Shown here: positions 7,786 to 16,110 of the stretch, one piece after another
Layout: each line of letters begins with the position of its first letter
Numbering within the stretch: the first letter of the stretch is position 1
Source of the DNA: Candidatus Saccharimonadota bacterium
GTDB taxonomy: Bacteria; Patescibacteriota; Gracilibacteria; UBA1369; 2-02-FULL-48-14
DNA: 32,000 nt
Assembly: GCA_965230905.1 (NCBI GenBank)
Contig: OZ246396.1
Location: 600,001-632,000 of the forward strand
Reading direction: 5' to 3'
Notes under the pieces: model-generated
What the model saw: the letters and a program-made list of their open reading frames with translations, nothing else
What the model was told of the DNA's origin: nothing
Databases searched by the model: none
Program-made: the position numbers and the translations under genes

Positions 7786-8002
7786 GGTTAAAGTTGAGCA
7801 GGCTTTTAAGGATGAAGTTGGGGTGTGGGTGGTTTTTGATTACCCTTATCTCAATCCAAATCAGGGGCAAAAGACACTACGCGCCTGTGCCATGGTGGAA
7901 AAAATCAGCGGTTTTACTCGTACACCGTACATGGAAAAAGTTATTGAAACGGCTTCCGCGCTCGGGCAACTGAAGATGGAAATACAGGCGTCCCAAGGCT
8001 AG
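7760..8002 (+). CDS. Small hypothetical protein (80 aa, TTG start), possibly the 3' part of a frameshifted gene
   Basis: The frame is open from 7730. There is no ATG before codon 45 and no promoter or SD of its own. Confidence 0.3.
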   Translation: MFGCRWGAKVKVEQAFKDEVGVWVVFDYPYLNPNQGQKTLRACAMVEKISGFTRTPYMEKVIETASALGQLKMEIQASQG

Positions 8003-8006
8003 CACA

Positions 8007-8034
8007 TTGACTTATTTTATGTTTTAAGTAAGAT
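8007..8034 (+). promoter_or_regulatory. Putative promoter TTGACT-16-TAAGAT for the 8050 gene
   Basis: Hexamers were read directly. It is followed by the same TCACCTCTA leader motif seen at 6698-6706. Confidence 0.35.
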
Positions 8035-8049
8035 TCACCTCTAGTATTT

Positions 8050-8640
8050 ATGTTCAATATGTCAGTAGACGAATTTGATAAGATTGCGGAGGGGTCAGCC
8101 CAACTGCCACCTAGGCTAAAATCAGGGGATGTAGCGGAGGTTCCACCTACTCGGGAAAAACTCATTTTTGATTTAAGTGAGTTGATGAAGGTTTCTCTTC
8201 AAGAAGATAAGGCTTTTGAGATTTCCGTTGAAATTGGGTCTTACGGACGGGGTGTCTTTTTAGTGATTGTGGTGAACGGAAAAGCTTCTGTTGTTGAAAC
8301 GAATTCAACTTTTACAAACGATGCGTATGCCAATAGCCATTCTTTGTATGTAAATAACAAGCTTTCTTCGTTTGAGCTAAAACCTAGATTCGGGAGCCAA
8401 TTCCCTCCGATGAGGGTAGGGGTAAAGGTAGAAGAAGCCGAGTGGGCCGACAGAGATGTTTATAAGTCTCTTCTTGAGAAAAAAATCGAGCCCACATGGA
8501 GTTCGGTTGGAAAAACAGTCGGCCTTGTTGTTGGTGGAACGAGTCTTTTAGTTGCGGCTTGTTGTAGCGGTGCTTATCAAGTTTTAGCTGGTGATTCGGC
8601 TGAAGAAACGCCGACGCATCAAAGCAGCTCTGCTCCGTGA
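8050..8640 (+). CDS. Hypothetical tail-anchored membrane protein
   Basis: 196 aa. A single C-terminal hydrophobic helix, 'VGLVVGGTSLLVAACCSGAYQVLAG'. Low-GC gene (about 37% in a sampled line). Confidence 0.5.
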   Translation: MFNMSVDEFDKIAEGSAQLPPRLKSGDVAEVPPTREKLIFDLSELMKVSLQEDKAFEISVEIGSYGRGVFLVIVVNGKASVVETNSTFTNDAYANSHSLYVNNKLSSFELKPRFGSQFPPMRVGVKVEEAEWADRDVYKSLLEKKIEPTWSSVGKTVGLVVGGTSLLVAACCSGAYQVLAGDSAEETPTHQSSSAP

Positions 8641-9416
8641 GCTTGAATCACTTTGAGCATTTCGCTGTGCACCAGACCGTTGGAGCCCACGATGTTTTTG
8701 AATTTGGGGTTGAAGGTGCTGCCGTCCATGTTGGTCACGGTTCCACCTGCTTCTTCTAAAATGATTTTTCCGGCGGCCACATCCCAGGGTTGGAGATCGT
8801 ATTCCCAAAAACCGTCAAAACGGCCGGCGGCTACAAAGCACAGATCTAGCGCGGCGCTGCCGAAGCGACGTACTCCTTGGCCGGCGCTGTAAAAGGCATC
8901 AAAAAGTTCCATGGTCTTTTTGTAGCGGGGGGACGTTCGTTCATAGGGAAATCCGGTTCCCAGCAGACTCTTTTTAAGGTCTGATACCTTGGACACGTGG
9001 ATGGGCTTCATCCCAATAAAGGCGCCTTTTCCTTGTTGACCCCAAAAGGTCTCGCCCAGGGCAGGGATTTCTACCACTCCAATGATGGGTTTACCCTGGT
9101 GGACCACTGCAATCGAGATGGCAAAAAGGGGCAGGCCGTGGGCAAGGTTGGTGGTTCCGTCTATGGGGTCGATGATCCATTTGTACTCGCCGGTTCCTTC
9201 TTTTAAACCTGATTCCTCGCTCAAAATAGAGTGATCGGGGAAGTGGGTGAGGATGGTGCGGGTGATGAATTCGTCGCAGATTTTGTCTATATCGGTGACC
9301 AGATCGTTGGCGCCGCTTTTGGTGCTCACGGTGAAGGCTTTTTTCTGGTAGGTGAGGGCCATTTTACCGGCGTCGTAGGCGACTTTTTTGGCGAATTGAA
9401 GGAGATGATTGGGCAT
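8619..9416 (-). CDS. suhB: Inositol monophosphatase family phosphatase (SuhB/IMPase-like)
   Basis: 'ILSEESG', 'WIIDPIDGTTNLAHGLP' and 'GSAALDLCFVAAGRFDGFWE..LQPWDVAAG'. Confidence 0.9.
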   Translation of the reverse strand: MPNHLLQFAKKVAYDAGKMALTYQKKAFTVSTKSGANDLVTDIDKICDEFITRTILTHFPDHSILSEESGLKEGTGEYKWIIDPIDGTTNLAHGLPLFAISIAVVHQGKPIIGVVEIPALGETFWGQQGKGAFIGMKPIHVSKVSDLKKSLLGTGFPYERTSPRYKKTMELFDAFYSAGQGVRRFGSAALDLCFVAAGRFDGFWEYDLQPWDVAAGKIILEEAGGTVTNMDGSTFNPKFKNIVGSNGLVHSEMLKVIQAHGAELL

Positions 9417-9644
9417 GGAATGATCTTAAAGTTGTTTTTATCATACTGGAACGAGGCGCTTTCTGCAGGGGATAAGGTTGACAAAATAGTTTATAATGCT
9501 ATTATTCACTCTATGGTATTTCTACAGGCACTTTACGGGTTACTCTTGGCGGCTAAAATGCAGGTAAACTTGAGTTCAAAGTCTCAAGGGTGGTACAGTA
9601 CTTTATTATCTGGTGAGCGAAAACATCGTATAATCCGATAAACT

Positions 9645-10166
9645 ATGGGTGTTGTCTCAAAAAGTGGGGTGGCGGAGAGCTTTAAAAGACATGAGCCTGA
9701 TGACGAAGAGGTTTTGCGAGCCATTCGAGACCCTCATTCAGCCGCCTATTGGCGTGCGCTGGAGCCACATGCTTCGACATCCCTTTTTGAAGAACAGCTG
9801 AGGGCAGCCTTGCTGGACGGTGGGTTCAATCGAGTGGATACTTCACAGTTGACGCGTAAAATTTGTCAAGACCCCATTTTTCAAGCTTCAGGCTTGGGAA
9901 AGGACTTTCCAGCTGAGGTGGTGCCTTTTACTAGCGCGGGCAATCCAGGATTTTTTGCCGTGCATTGTAGTAGCGTAGTAGATCGCTTGAATTTGGAATT
10001 TGGTTTTTTGACTCAAATGGGCGCGAGCAATTATTTCCGTCAATTTTTTGATGATAGCGGGGCATTTACAAACGTACGCGATCCACATCGCTCTTGGCCG
10101 GCTTGCAATACGCATCCTGATGCCAAGCGACCCACCACGGGGTTTCTATTCTGGAGGCGCCCCTGA
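9645..10166 (+). CDS. Hypothetical protein
   Basis: A 173-aa ORF. TATAAT at 9629-9634 lies 10 nt upstream of the ATG. I recognise no family motif. Confidence 0.45.
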   Translation: MGVVSKSGVAESFKRHEPDDEEVLRAIRDPHSAAYWRALEPHASTSLFEEQLRAALLDGGFNRVDTSQLTRKICQDPIFQASGLGKDFPAEVVPFTSAGNPGFFAVHCSSVVDRLNLEFGFLTQMGASNYFRQFFDDSGAFTNVRDPHRSWPACNTHPDAKRPTTGFLFWRRP

Positions 10167-10234
10167 TGGGCTCGTTTGCTAGTGAGCGGTTTCTCTGGTA
10201 AACTCCTTGGGCTTTTCCTCAAAGAGGATTTTGT

Positions 10235-12205
10235 ATGATTCAGAAAAAATTCAAAATAAGTACGGAGATGACGCCCAAGGGAGACCAGCCCGTGGCGATT
10301 GAACAGTTGGTGAAGGGACTGAAAGATGGCAAATCCAACCAAGTGCTTTTGGGAGCCACGGGAACGGGAAAAACGTTCACAATTGCCAACGTGATTCAGC
10401 AGACGCAGCGGCCAACGCTGGTTTTGGCGCACAACAAAACGTTGGCGGCGCAGCTGTGCACGGAGTTTAAGGAAATGTTTCCGGACAACGCGGTGTGTTA
10501 CTTCGTTTCTTATTACGACTACTACCAGCCGGAAGCGTATTTGCCCAGCAGCGACACCTATATTGAAAAAGACGCGCAGATCAATGACGAGATCAACAAA
10601 TACCGCCACAAGGCGACCGAAAGTTTGCTGACTCGCCGGGATGTGATTGTGGTGGCGTCGGTGTCTTGTATCTACGGACTGGGATCGCCAAAGGAATATT
10701 TGGATATGCGCATTGAGCTGAAGCCGGGTGATAAAATTCCGCGTGATGCGCTGCTCCGCCAGTTCACGGATCTGCAATATGTGCGCGCAGCCATGGACTT
10801 TAAGCAAGGAATGTTCCACGTGCTTGGGGACACCATTGAGGTGTTTCCTCCCGGAGGCGACACTGCGATTCGGTTGGAATTTTGGGACGATGAAATTGAA
10901 AAAATCACGGAGGTGGAACCGTTCACGGGCGAACTCATGGGCGAGCTGGAGGAGATCACGATTTTCCCGGCAAAACACGCCGTGACTACGGAAGAAAAAA
11001 TCAAAAATGCGGTGGTGGGGATTCGTCTGGAACTCGATGACCGCGTGAAGCAACTGGAATCCATGGGTAAGATTGTGGAGGCGCACCGACTGCGCAGCCG
11101 AACCGAGTACGATTTGGAGATTTTGCTGGAGACCGGTTACACCACGGGTATTGAAAACTACGTGCGTTACTTTGGAGAAGGGGGAGGCATGCCGGCTACG
11201 CTGCTGGAATATTTCCCCAAGGACTTTTTGATGGTGATTGATGAATCGCACATGTCTATTCCACAGCTGGGTGCCATGCACAACGGAAATCTTTCCCGAA
11301 AACAAACTTTGATTGAGCACGGGTTCCGTTTGCCGTCGGCGCTGGACAACCGTCCGCTGAAGTTTGAGGAAATTGAAGGATATATGAAGTCCGTGATCTA
11401 TGTTTCGGCGACGCCCGCTAAATACGAAATGGCCAAGAAGGATAATTTGGTGGAACAAATCATTCGTCCTACCGGGTTGATTGACCCGGAAATTTCGGTG
11501 CGACCCAAGGAAGGGCAGATCGATGATTTGATGAGCGAAATTGTGAAACGAACGGTGAAGGGCGACCGCGTGCTGGTGACCACCCTCACCAAACGAAGCT
11601 CCGAAGATTTGACGGAATATTTAACGGAAGCCGGGGTGAAGGTGCGTTATTTGCACAGCGATATCGATACGCTGGAACGCATTGAAATTCTGCGCGACCT
11701 GCGACTTGGAATCTTTGATGTGCTCGTTGGAATCAACCTCTTGCGTGAAGGACTCGACCTCCCCGAGGTTTCGCTGGTGGCGATTTTGGACGCGGATAAA
11801 GAAGGGTTTTTGCGAAGCACTTCCGCGCTCATCCAGACCATTGGACGAGCCGCGCGTAATGCGGACGGGTATGTGATTATGTACGCGAGCAAGATGACCG
11901 ATGGAATGAAGGGAGCGATTGACGAAACCTACCGCCGCCGTGAGAAGCAAATGGCTCATAATGAAAAACACGGCATCACGCCGCAGACCATTCGCAAGGC
12001 GATTAAAGATATTGAAATGCACCGTAAAAATGAAGAAGCCAAACAAGTGCGCCGTTACGATTCCAAAAAAGTGCCCAAGGAAGAACTCTTCCGTCTTATT
12101 GAAGTGCTGGAAGCCGAAATGGATTTGGCCGCCCAGAATATGGAATTTGAAAAGGCTGCCATCATTCGCGATGAGGTAGAAGAGATGCGAGCGAGGTTGA
12201 AGTGA
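10235..12205 (+). CDS. uvrB: Excinuclease ABC subunit B
   Basis: 656 aa. '[12 protein letters not shown]', Walker A 'GATGTGKTF', 'VIDESH', '[13 protein letters not shown]', 'QTIGRAAR', and the C-terminal UVR motif '[13 protein letters not shown]'. Confidence 0.97.
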   Translation: MIQKKFKISTEMTPKGDQPVAIEQLVKGLKDGKSNQVLLGATGTGKTFTIANVIQQTQRPTLVLAHNKTLAAQLCTEFKEMFPDNAVCYFVSYYDYYQPEAYLPSSDTYIEKDAQINDEINKYRHKATESLLTRRDVIVVASVSCIYGLGSPKEYLDMRIELKPGDKIPRDALLRQFTDLQYVRAAMDFKQGMFHVLGDTIEVFPPGGDTAIRLEFWDDEIEKITEVEPFTGELMGELEEITIFPAKHAVTTEEKIKNAVVGIRLELDDRVKQLESMGKIVEAHRLRSRTEYDLEILLETGYTTGIENYVRYFGEGGGMPATLLEYFPKDFLMVIDESHMSIPQLGAMHNGNLSRKQTLIEHGFRLPSALDNRPLKFEEIEGYMKSVIYVSATPAKYEMAKKDNLVEQIIRPTGLIDPEISVRPKEGQIDDLMSEIVKRTVKGDRVLVTTLTKRSSEDLTEYLTEAGVKVRYLHSDIDTLERIEILRDLRLGIFDVLVGINLLREGLDLPEVSLVAILDADKEGFLRSTSALIQTIGRAARNADGYVIMYASKMTDGMKGAIDETYRRREKQMAHNEKHGITPQTIRKAIKDIEMHRKNEEAKQVRRYDSKKVPKEELFRLIEVLEAEMDLAAQNMEFEKAAIIRDEVEEMRARLK

Positions 12206-12208
12206 GGA

Positions 12209-13351
12209 TTAAACTCCAAAGAGCCCTCGTAGGCCGGCCCAACGTTTGCCTATTTTATTAATAATGCTTTCATTGGCCTGCAAGGTACCAATATGGCGAT
12301 GCATACTGGCGGCGGTTTCTGCCATTGAGTTTAAGGTCAGTAGACGTAAGGTCAGGTCATTTAGAGGCACGTACCTTGCTCTACTGCCTTCTCTTGTGGG
12401 GAAGAATACGGCTGAGGCTTCGTTCCTTGCCGTATTTAGACCAACCCATTGAAAGGCAAGTGCCTCGTTCTCTGCCGAATCATCTTCAGAATTTCCCAGT
12501 TGAGCCAGGGGGACTACGCCTGCTTCTAGAATTGCATTTAAGTTCCTTCCGCGGTGTAGGTCTGCATCGAATTTACTTATGAATACTCCGCCACCACTTA
12601 AGACAATGGCGTGGGGGCCGACCAAACTTTTTGGTGGGGTGAAACCTTGACGAACGACTAAGCGGGCTTCTCTAGAACCGGCTATGCCTGAAAAGGCGCT
12701 TGCTTCTGCCGTTGCCATATTGGGTACTTGATGAGGAGTGTAGCCGGATTCCTTAACGATCTCCGCACTGTTATCGGTAGCTAACAGTCCGCTAAAAACG
12801 CCGGCGGTATTGTTCATTAATCGTGCCAAATCTGCATCAGGAACCTCCATTTTAGCCAAGGACGGAATCCGCGTTACGGTTTGTTTTGTTGTCGCCCGCA
12901 CTTGTAATCCTGGAACTATGGCTATAGGGGTCTCCACGGCTCCTGCAAACCAAGCTCTAAGGCCAAGGACTTCGTATTTTGCAGGATTCCCCAATTGCTT
13001 TTTAGATTTGCCATCGGGTTTATCGGGCAAGTCGTATAAGCCGGCTTCTATTAATTCTCTATCGCGAACCCAGAGTGGATTGAGGGAAGAGGGTGGAACC
13101 GTTGAACCAGGTTTAGGGATTTCAACGGAGTGTCGAGTCATGACTTCATCTTTTTGAATCGTTCTGCGCTCAGCTCTCATTACATCCTCAAAATCTCTTT
13201 TTGTTCGAGTGCTGACGCCTTCAAACAGGGGAGAATCTATAAACTTTTTTTCACCCGTATTCTGGCCACTTGAAATTTCGTAAGCCTCTCGTATGTCATT
13301 CATACTCAGGTCTACGTCTCCTCGTCCAGCGTTTTCATCGGTGCGTGCCAT
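12209..13351 (-). CDS. Hypothetical protein with a colinear but strongly degenerate resemblance to anhydro-N-acetylmuramic acid kinase (AnmK/UPF0075, ASKHA fold)
   Basis: 380 aa, similar in length to AnmK. In order it carries 'AGAVETPIAIVP' (cf. GGQGAPLVP), 'MNNTAGVFSGLL' (cf. LNIGGIANLSLL), 'ATDNSAE' (cf. YDTGPGN), 'AGSRE' (cf. KSTGRE), 'VLSGGG' (cf. VCGGG), 'ENEALAFQW' (cf. DMEALAFAW) and 'PTREGS' (cf. PSVTGAS). The comparison is from memory of E. coli AnmK. Confidence 0.5.
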   Translation of the reverse strand: MARTDENAGRGDVDLSMNDIREAYEISSGQNTGEKKFIDSPLFEGVSTRTKRDFEDVMRAERRTIQKDEVMTRHSVEIPKPGSTVPPSSLNPLWVRDRELIEAGLYDLPDKPDGKSKKQLGNPAKYEVLGLRAWFAGAVETPIAIVPGLQVRATTKQTVTRIPSLAKMEVPDADLARLMNNTAGVFSGLLATDNSAEIVKESGYTPHQVPNMATAEASAFSGIAGSREARLVVRQGFTPPKSLVGPHAIVLSGGGVFISKFDADLHRGRNLNAILEAGVVPLAQLGNSEDDSAENEALAFQWVGLNTARNEASAVFFPTREGSRARYVPLNDLTLRLLTLNSMAETAASMHRHIGTLQANESIINKIGKRWAGLRGLFGV

Positions 13352-13466
13352 AGGTAAAAAATTAAATAAGTAAAAAATTAATTGGTTTTCTTCCGAGAGA
13401 TTATAAAAATCTTTTTTGTGGCGAAAGTCAATAAATACCCTAAAGTCAGACCGAGCTCTAAGGCTC

Positions 13467-13494
13467 TTGATTTTTGCGCGCGGATGAGTACACT
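13467..13494 (+). promoter_or_regulatory. Possible atp operon promoter TTGATT-16-TACACT
   Basis: Read directly. The -10 match is weak (4/6), and the site lies 24 nt upstream of the first ATG of the operon. Confidence 0.25.
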
Positions 13495-13517
13495 ATCGGC
13501 GTTCCAATTACGCATCA

Positions 13518-13790
13518 ATGAGCCAAACACACGTTATGAGCACCGACAAAGATTCCCAAAGATCCATCATGGCGCGTGCGTTTAAGCACTACACCGAGAT
13601 CACGTCACGCGTGCTCGCGGCTACGGTGGGGACGGTGGCGCTGTTTGGAGTTCCCGGCTACTTTTTGGACAAATGGCTCGAAACCTCGCCTTGGATTTTT
13701 GGCGTCGCCCTGGTACTTTCTTTGCCGATCTCTCAAGTCATGACTATAAAAATCATGCAACGCTACGTTAAAGATAACCCTCAAGACTGA
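13518..13790 (+). CDS. AtpI/AtpZ-like small membrane protein of the ATP synthase operon
   Basis: 90 aa with two TM helices. 'PGYFLDKWLETSPW' resembles the AtpZ/AtpI motif. It sits immediately upstream of subunit a and overlaps it by 1 nt. Confidence 0.6.
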   Translation: MSQTHVMSTDKDSQRSIMARAFKHYTEITSRVLAATVGTVALFGVPGYFLDKWLETSPWIFGVALVLSLPISQVMTIKIMQRYVKDNPQD

Positions 13791-14620
13791 TGACGCAAGA
13801 TGTTTACACTGTTGAAGAAGCTGGCCAGGAAGAAGCTGGGATGCATATTCAGTTGGCTGCCGAACCGGCGTTTCAAATTGGGAATTTCACGGTGACCAAC
13901 ACCATGACCGCTACGTTTGTAAGCACTTTGATCGTTATACTTTTTGCTTTAGCGGTTCGCCGCAAGGCAGGAGTGGTGCCAAGCCGTATGCAGGTGCTTT
14001 TTGAAGACATGTTTATGATGTTCTTCACTCAGCTCGAAGATGCCGTGGGCGAAAAAAAGGCGCGCTTGATCGCACCGCTCATCATTACTTTGTTCCTTTT
14101 TGTGCTCGTAGCGAATTCCTTTATTTTGATTCCCATTGTGGGAAGTTTTGTGACGGAACACGGGCACTTTTTCCGCACACCTACTACGGATTACAGCTTA
14201 ACGATTGCTCTGGCCATCATCACGATGGGAGCGGCTCACTTGATCGCCTTCACGGCGTCCCCACTCCAACACATTGGAAATTACATTCGTGTTAAGCCTT
14301 TGTTCCAAGTGCTTACGGGAAAGAAACCTATTGGAGAACTCTTCAACGCAGGAATTGAAATCTTCCTGGGAGTGCTCGAAATTTTGGGAGACTTCATCAA
14401 AGTTATTTCACTCGGAACTCGTTTGTTTGGAAACTTACTCGCGGGGGAAGTGGTGATTATCGTTATTTCCGGGCTTATGTTCGCGACTCAATTTGTGGCA
14501 CCTATTCCGTTTATTATTCTGGCCTCGTTTGCTGGACTCATTCAGGCCTTTGTGTTTACTCTGCTGTCCACGATCTTCATATCAAATAATTTGGTGCACG
14601 CGACTTCGCACCATGATTAA
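13790..14620 (+). CDS. atpB: F-type ATP synthase subunit a
   Basis: 276 aa and polytopic. Contains the essential-Arg motif 'LGTRLFGNLLAGE'. Confidence 0.93.
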   Translation: MTQDVYTVEEAGQEEAGMHIQLAAEPAFQIGNFTVTNTMTATFVSTLIVILFALAVRRKAGVVPSRMQVLFEDMFMMFFTQLEDAVGEKKARLIAPLIITLFLFVLVANSFILIPIVGSFVTEHGHFFRTPTTDYSLTIALAIITMGAAHLIAFTASPLQHIGNYIRVKPLFQVLTGKKPIGELFNAGIEIFLGVLEILGDFIKVISLGTRLFGNLLAGEVVIIVISGLMFATQFVAPIPFIILASFAGLIQAFVFTLLSTIFISNNLVHATSHHD

Positions 14621-14691
14621 CAGAGCGCAAAGCGCACAAAACAAAAACGATTTAATTTATTCATCCATTTAATCCCCTAACCAAACCTTAT

Positions 14692-14919
14692 ATGGATATC
14701 GAAATGATGAAAGTACTCGGAGCTGCACTCGCTGTTGCTATCGGGGTTGCTGGACCTGCTCTCGGAGAAGCCCACATCGCTGCAAAGACGATGGAAGCGG
14801 TAAGCCGAAACCCAGAAATGCAAGGAAAAATGTTCACGAACATGTTGATTGCTATGGCCTTCGTAGAATCTCTTGGAGTGTACTGCTTCTTGGTTTCTTT
14901 GATTCTCCTCTTCGTATAA
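14692..14919 (+). CDS. atpE: F-type ATP synthase subunit c
   Basis: 75 aa helical hairpin with loop 'SRNPE' and the ion-binding Glu in 'AFVESLGVY'. Confidence 0.95.
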   Translation: MDIEMMKVLGAALAVAIGVAGPALGEAHIAAKTMEAVSRNPEMQGKMFTNMLIAMAFVESLGVYCFLVSLILLFV

Positions 14920-14946
14920 CACTTACTTTTTTAAACAGCCCCTTTT

Positions 14947-15456
14947 ATGGAAGGTTTAGCTAAACTCGGAATAGATCCGCTCAGCATACTTCTCTACCTG
15001 CTCAACACGGGGCTGCTTCTTGTCGTTTTAATTTACGTTCTTTATAAGCCGATTCTCCGCTACCTCGACCAAAGACGAGACCAAATTCGTAGCAGTGTGG
15101 AAGAGGCGCAACTCTTAAAGGTTGAGCTCGATAAAAAATCGATCGAAGCCGCTGAAGCTTCCAAGAAAGCAGAAGAAACGCTCAAACGCGAAATGGAAAA
15201 TCTCCGCAAGTTTACGGAGGAAAAACGCGCTGAGCTGACTGCCGAAATGGAAAGCGCCCGCAATGAAATGCTGGCTAAGGCTGACGCCGATATCACTCGC
15301 CGAAAAGATGAACTTCTTAAGGAAGCTGAAAAGGCGACCATGGATCTCATCAAGAAAGTTGTGCTTCACATTGTTCAGAACAAAGTTCCTGAAGAAGTGG
15401 TGGAAGCCAGCATCAAGGACAGTTGGAAGCAATTTAACACTGCCGATAGGCGTTAA
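14947..15456 (+). CDS. atpF: F-type ATP synthase subunit b
   Basis: 169 aa. An N-terminal TM helix is followed by 'YKPILRYLDQRRDQI' and a long charged coiled coil. Operon position supports the call. Confidence 0.85.
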   Translation: MEGLAKLGIDPLSILLYLLNTGLLLVVLIYVLYKPILRYLDQRRDQIRSSVEEAQLLKVELDKKSIEAAEASKKAEETLKREMENLRKFTEEKRAELTAEMESARNEMLAKADADITRRKDELLKEAEKATMDLIKKVVLHIVQNKVPEEVVEASIKDSWKQFNTADRR

Positions 15457-15458
15457 AA

Positions 15459-16088
15459 ATGTTTAAAGATTTTCTCAGTGCGCTCACTCTAGAAATCCTC
15501 CGAGCCCTCACAAAGGGTAAGGACTTCAAGGGTCCACAAGTTTTCAAAGATTATTTGGACGCTACGTCTGATGACGCTCTTATGAGCGACCTCCGGCTGG
15601 TGTTCCAAGTCATCAATGGAACGGATCTAAATAGTTTGAACTTGAAAAACAGCGCGTTCTTTAAGGCCGTGCTGCAATTCTTTGCTGAACATTTCGCTTC
15701 TAAATTGGATGCTTTGGGTGGCAGTTTTTATCTGCTTCCCTATGAAGAACGCAAGAAAAAGGCAGAGCAGCTCATTGAAAGTGACTCACACACGGCCGCA
15801 GCCCTGCGTGATCTCCTAGTTACGAACTCGTACCAGGAAATCTCTGAGGCGCTCGAACTACTCTCTAAGAGTGTAGCCGATGCAGGCACGATTGTGGTAC
15901 AAGCCCCACGGGACATTGCGCCCGAACTTAAAAAGGAAATGCGTGAAAAATTCGCGCACGACCATCCGCTCACGTTTCCGAGCTTTCAAGTCAACCGTCA
16001 GCTCATCGGCGGATTCCGTGTATTCATCAATGGACAGTCTCATGACCTCTCTTGGTTCTCTCAAGTTCAAAAACTCACTTCTCTTTAA
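15459..16088 (+). CDS. atpH: F-type ATP synthase subunit delta (OSCP)
   Basis: Located between b and alpha. The C-terminus 'LIGGFRVFINGQSHDLSWFSQVQKL' matches the OSCP signature. At 209 aa it is somewhat long at the N-terminus. Confidence 0.8.
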   Translation: MFKDFLSALTLEILRALTKGKDFKGPQVFKDYLDATSDDALMSDLRLVFQVINGTDLNSLNLKNSAFFKAVLQFFAEHFASKLDALGGSFYLLPYEERKKKAEQLIESDSHTAAALRDLLVTNSYQEISEALELLSKSVADAGTIVVQAPRDIAPELKKEMREKFAHDHPLTFPSFQVNRQLIGGFRVFINGQSHDLSWFSQVQKLTSL

Positions 16089-16110
16089 TTTTTAATTGGC
16101 ACTGGCGTGC

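Noticed and set aside
6717-8640. An integrated prophage or genomic island next to the tRNA
   Set aside because: No integrase, recombinase or phage-like genes are present, and the tRNA-end repeats are only 33 nt apart. At most this is a scar, and it is reported as a finding rather than a mobile-element feature.
9478-9497. Perfect TTGACA and TATAAT hexamers in the 9417-9644 intergenic region, read as a consensus promoter
   Set aside because: The two hexamers are only 8 nt apart, which is incompatible with sigma70 spacing (16-18 nt). Only the TATAAT might function on its own.
10167-10234. A LexA/SOS-type box upstream of uvrB related to the 22-bp palindrome at 24647
   Set aside because: Only a CTTTTCC heptamer and a short TCCTC-AAA-GAGGA inverted repeat are present. 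Neither has a GTTC/GAAC core, so the similarity is within chance.
10040-11458. A 472-aa minus-strand ORF covering much of the uvrB region
   Set aside because: It is antisense to uvrB, whose sense frame carries every canonical UvrB motif. The antisense product is Arg/His/Leu/Phe-rich low-information sequence, typical of a shadow ORF.
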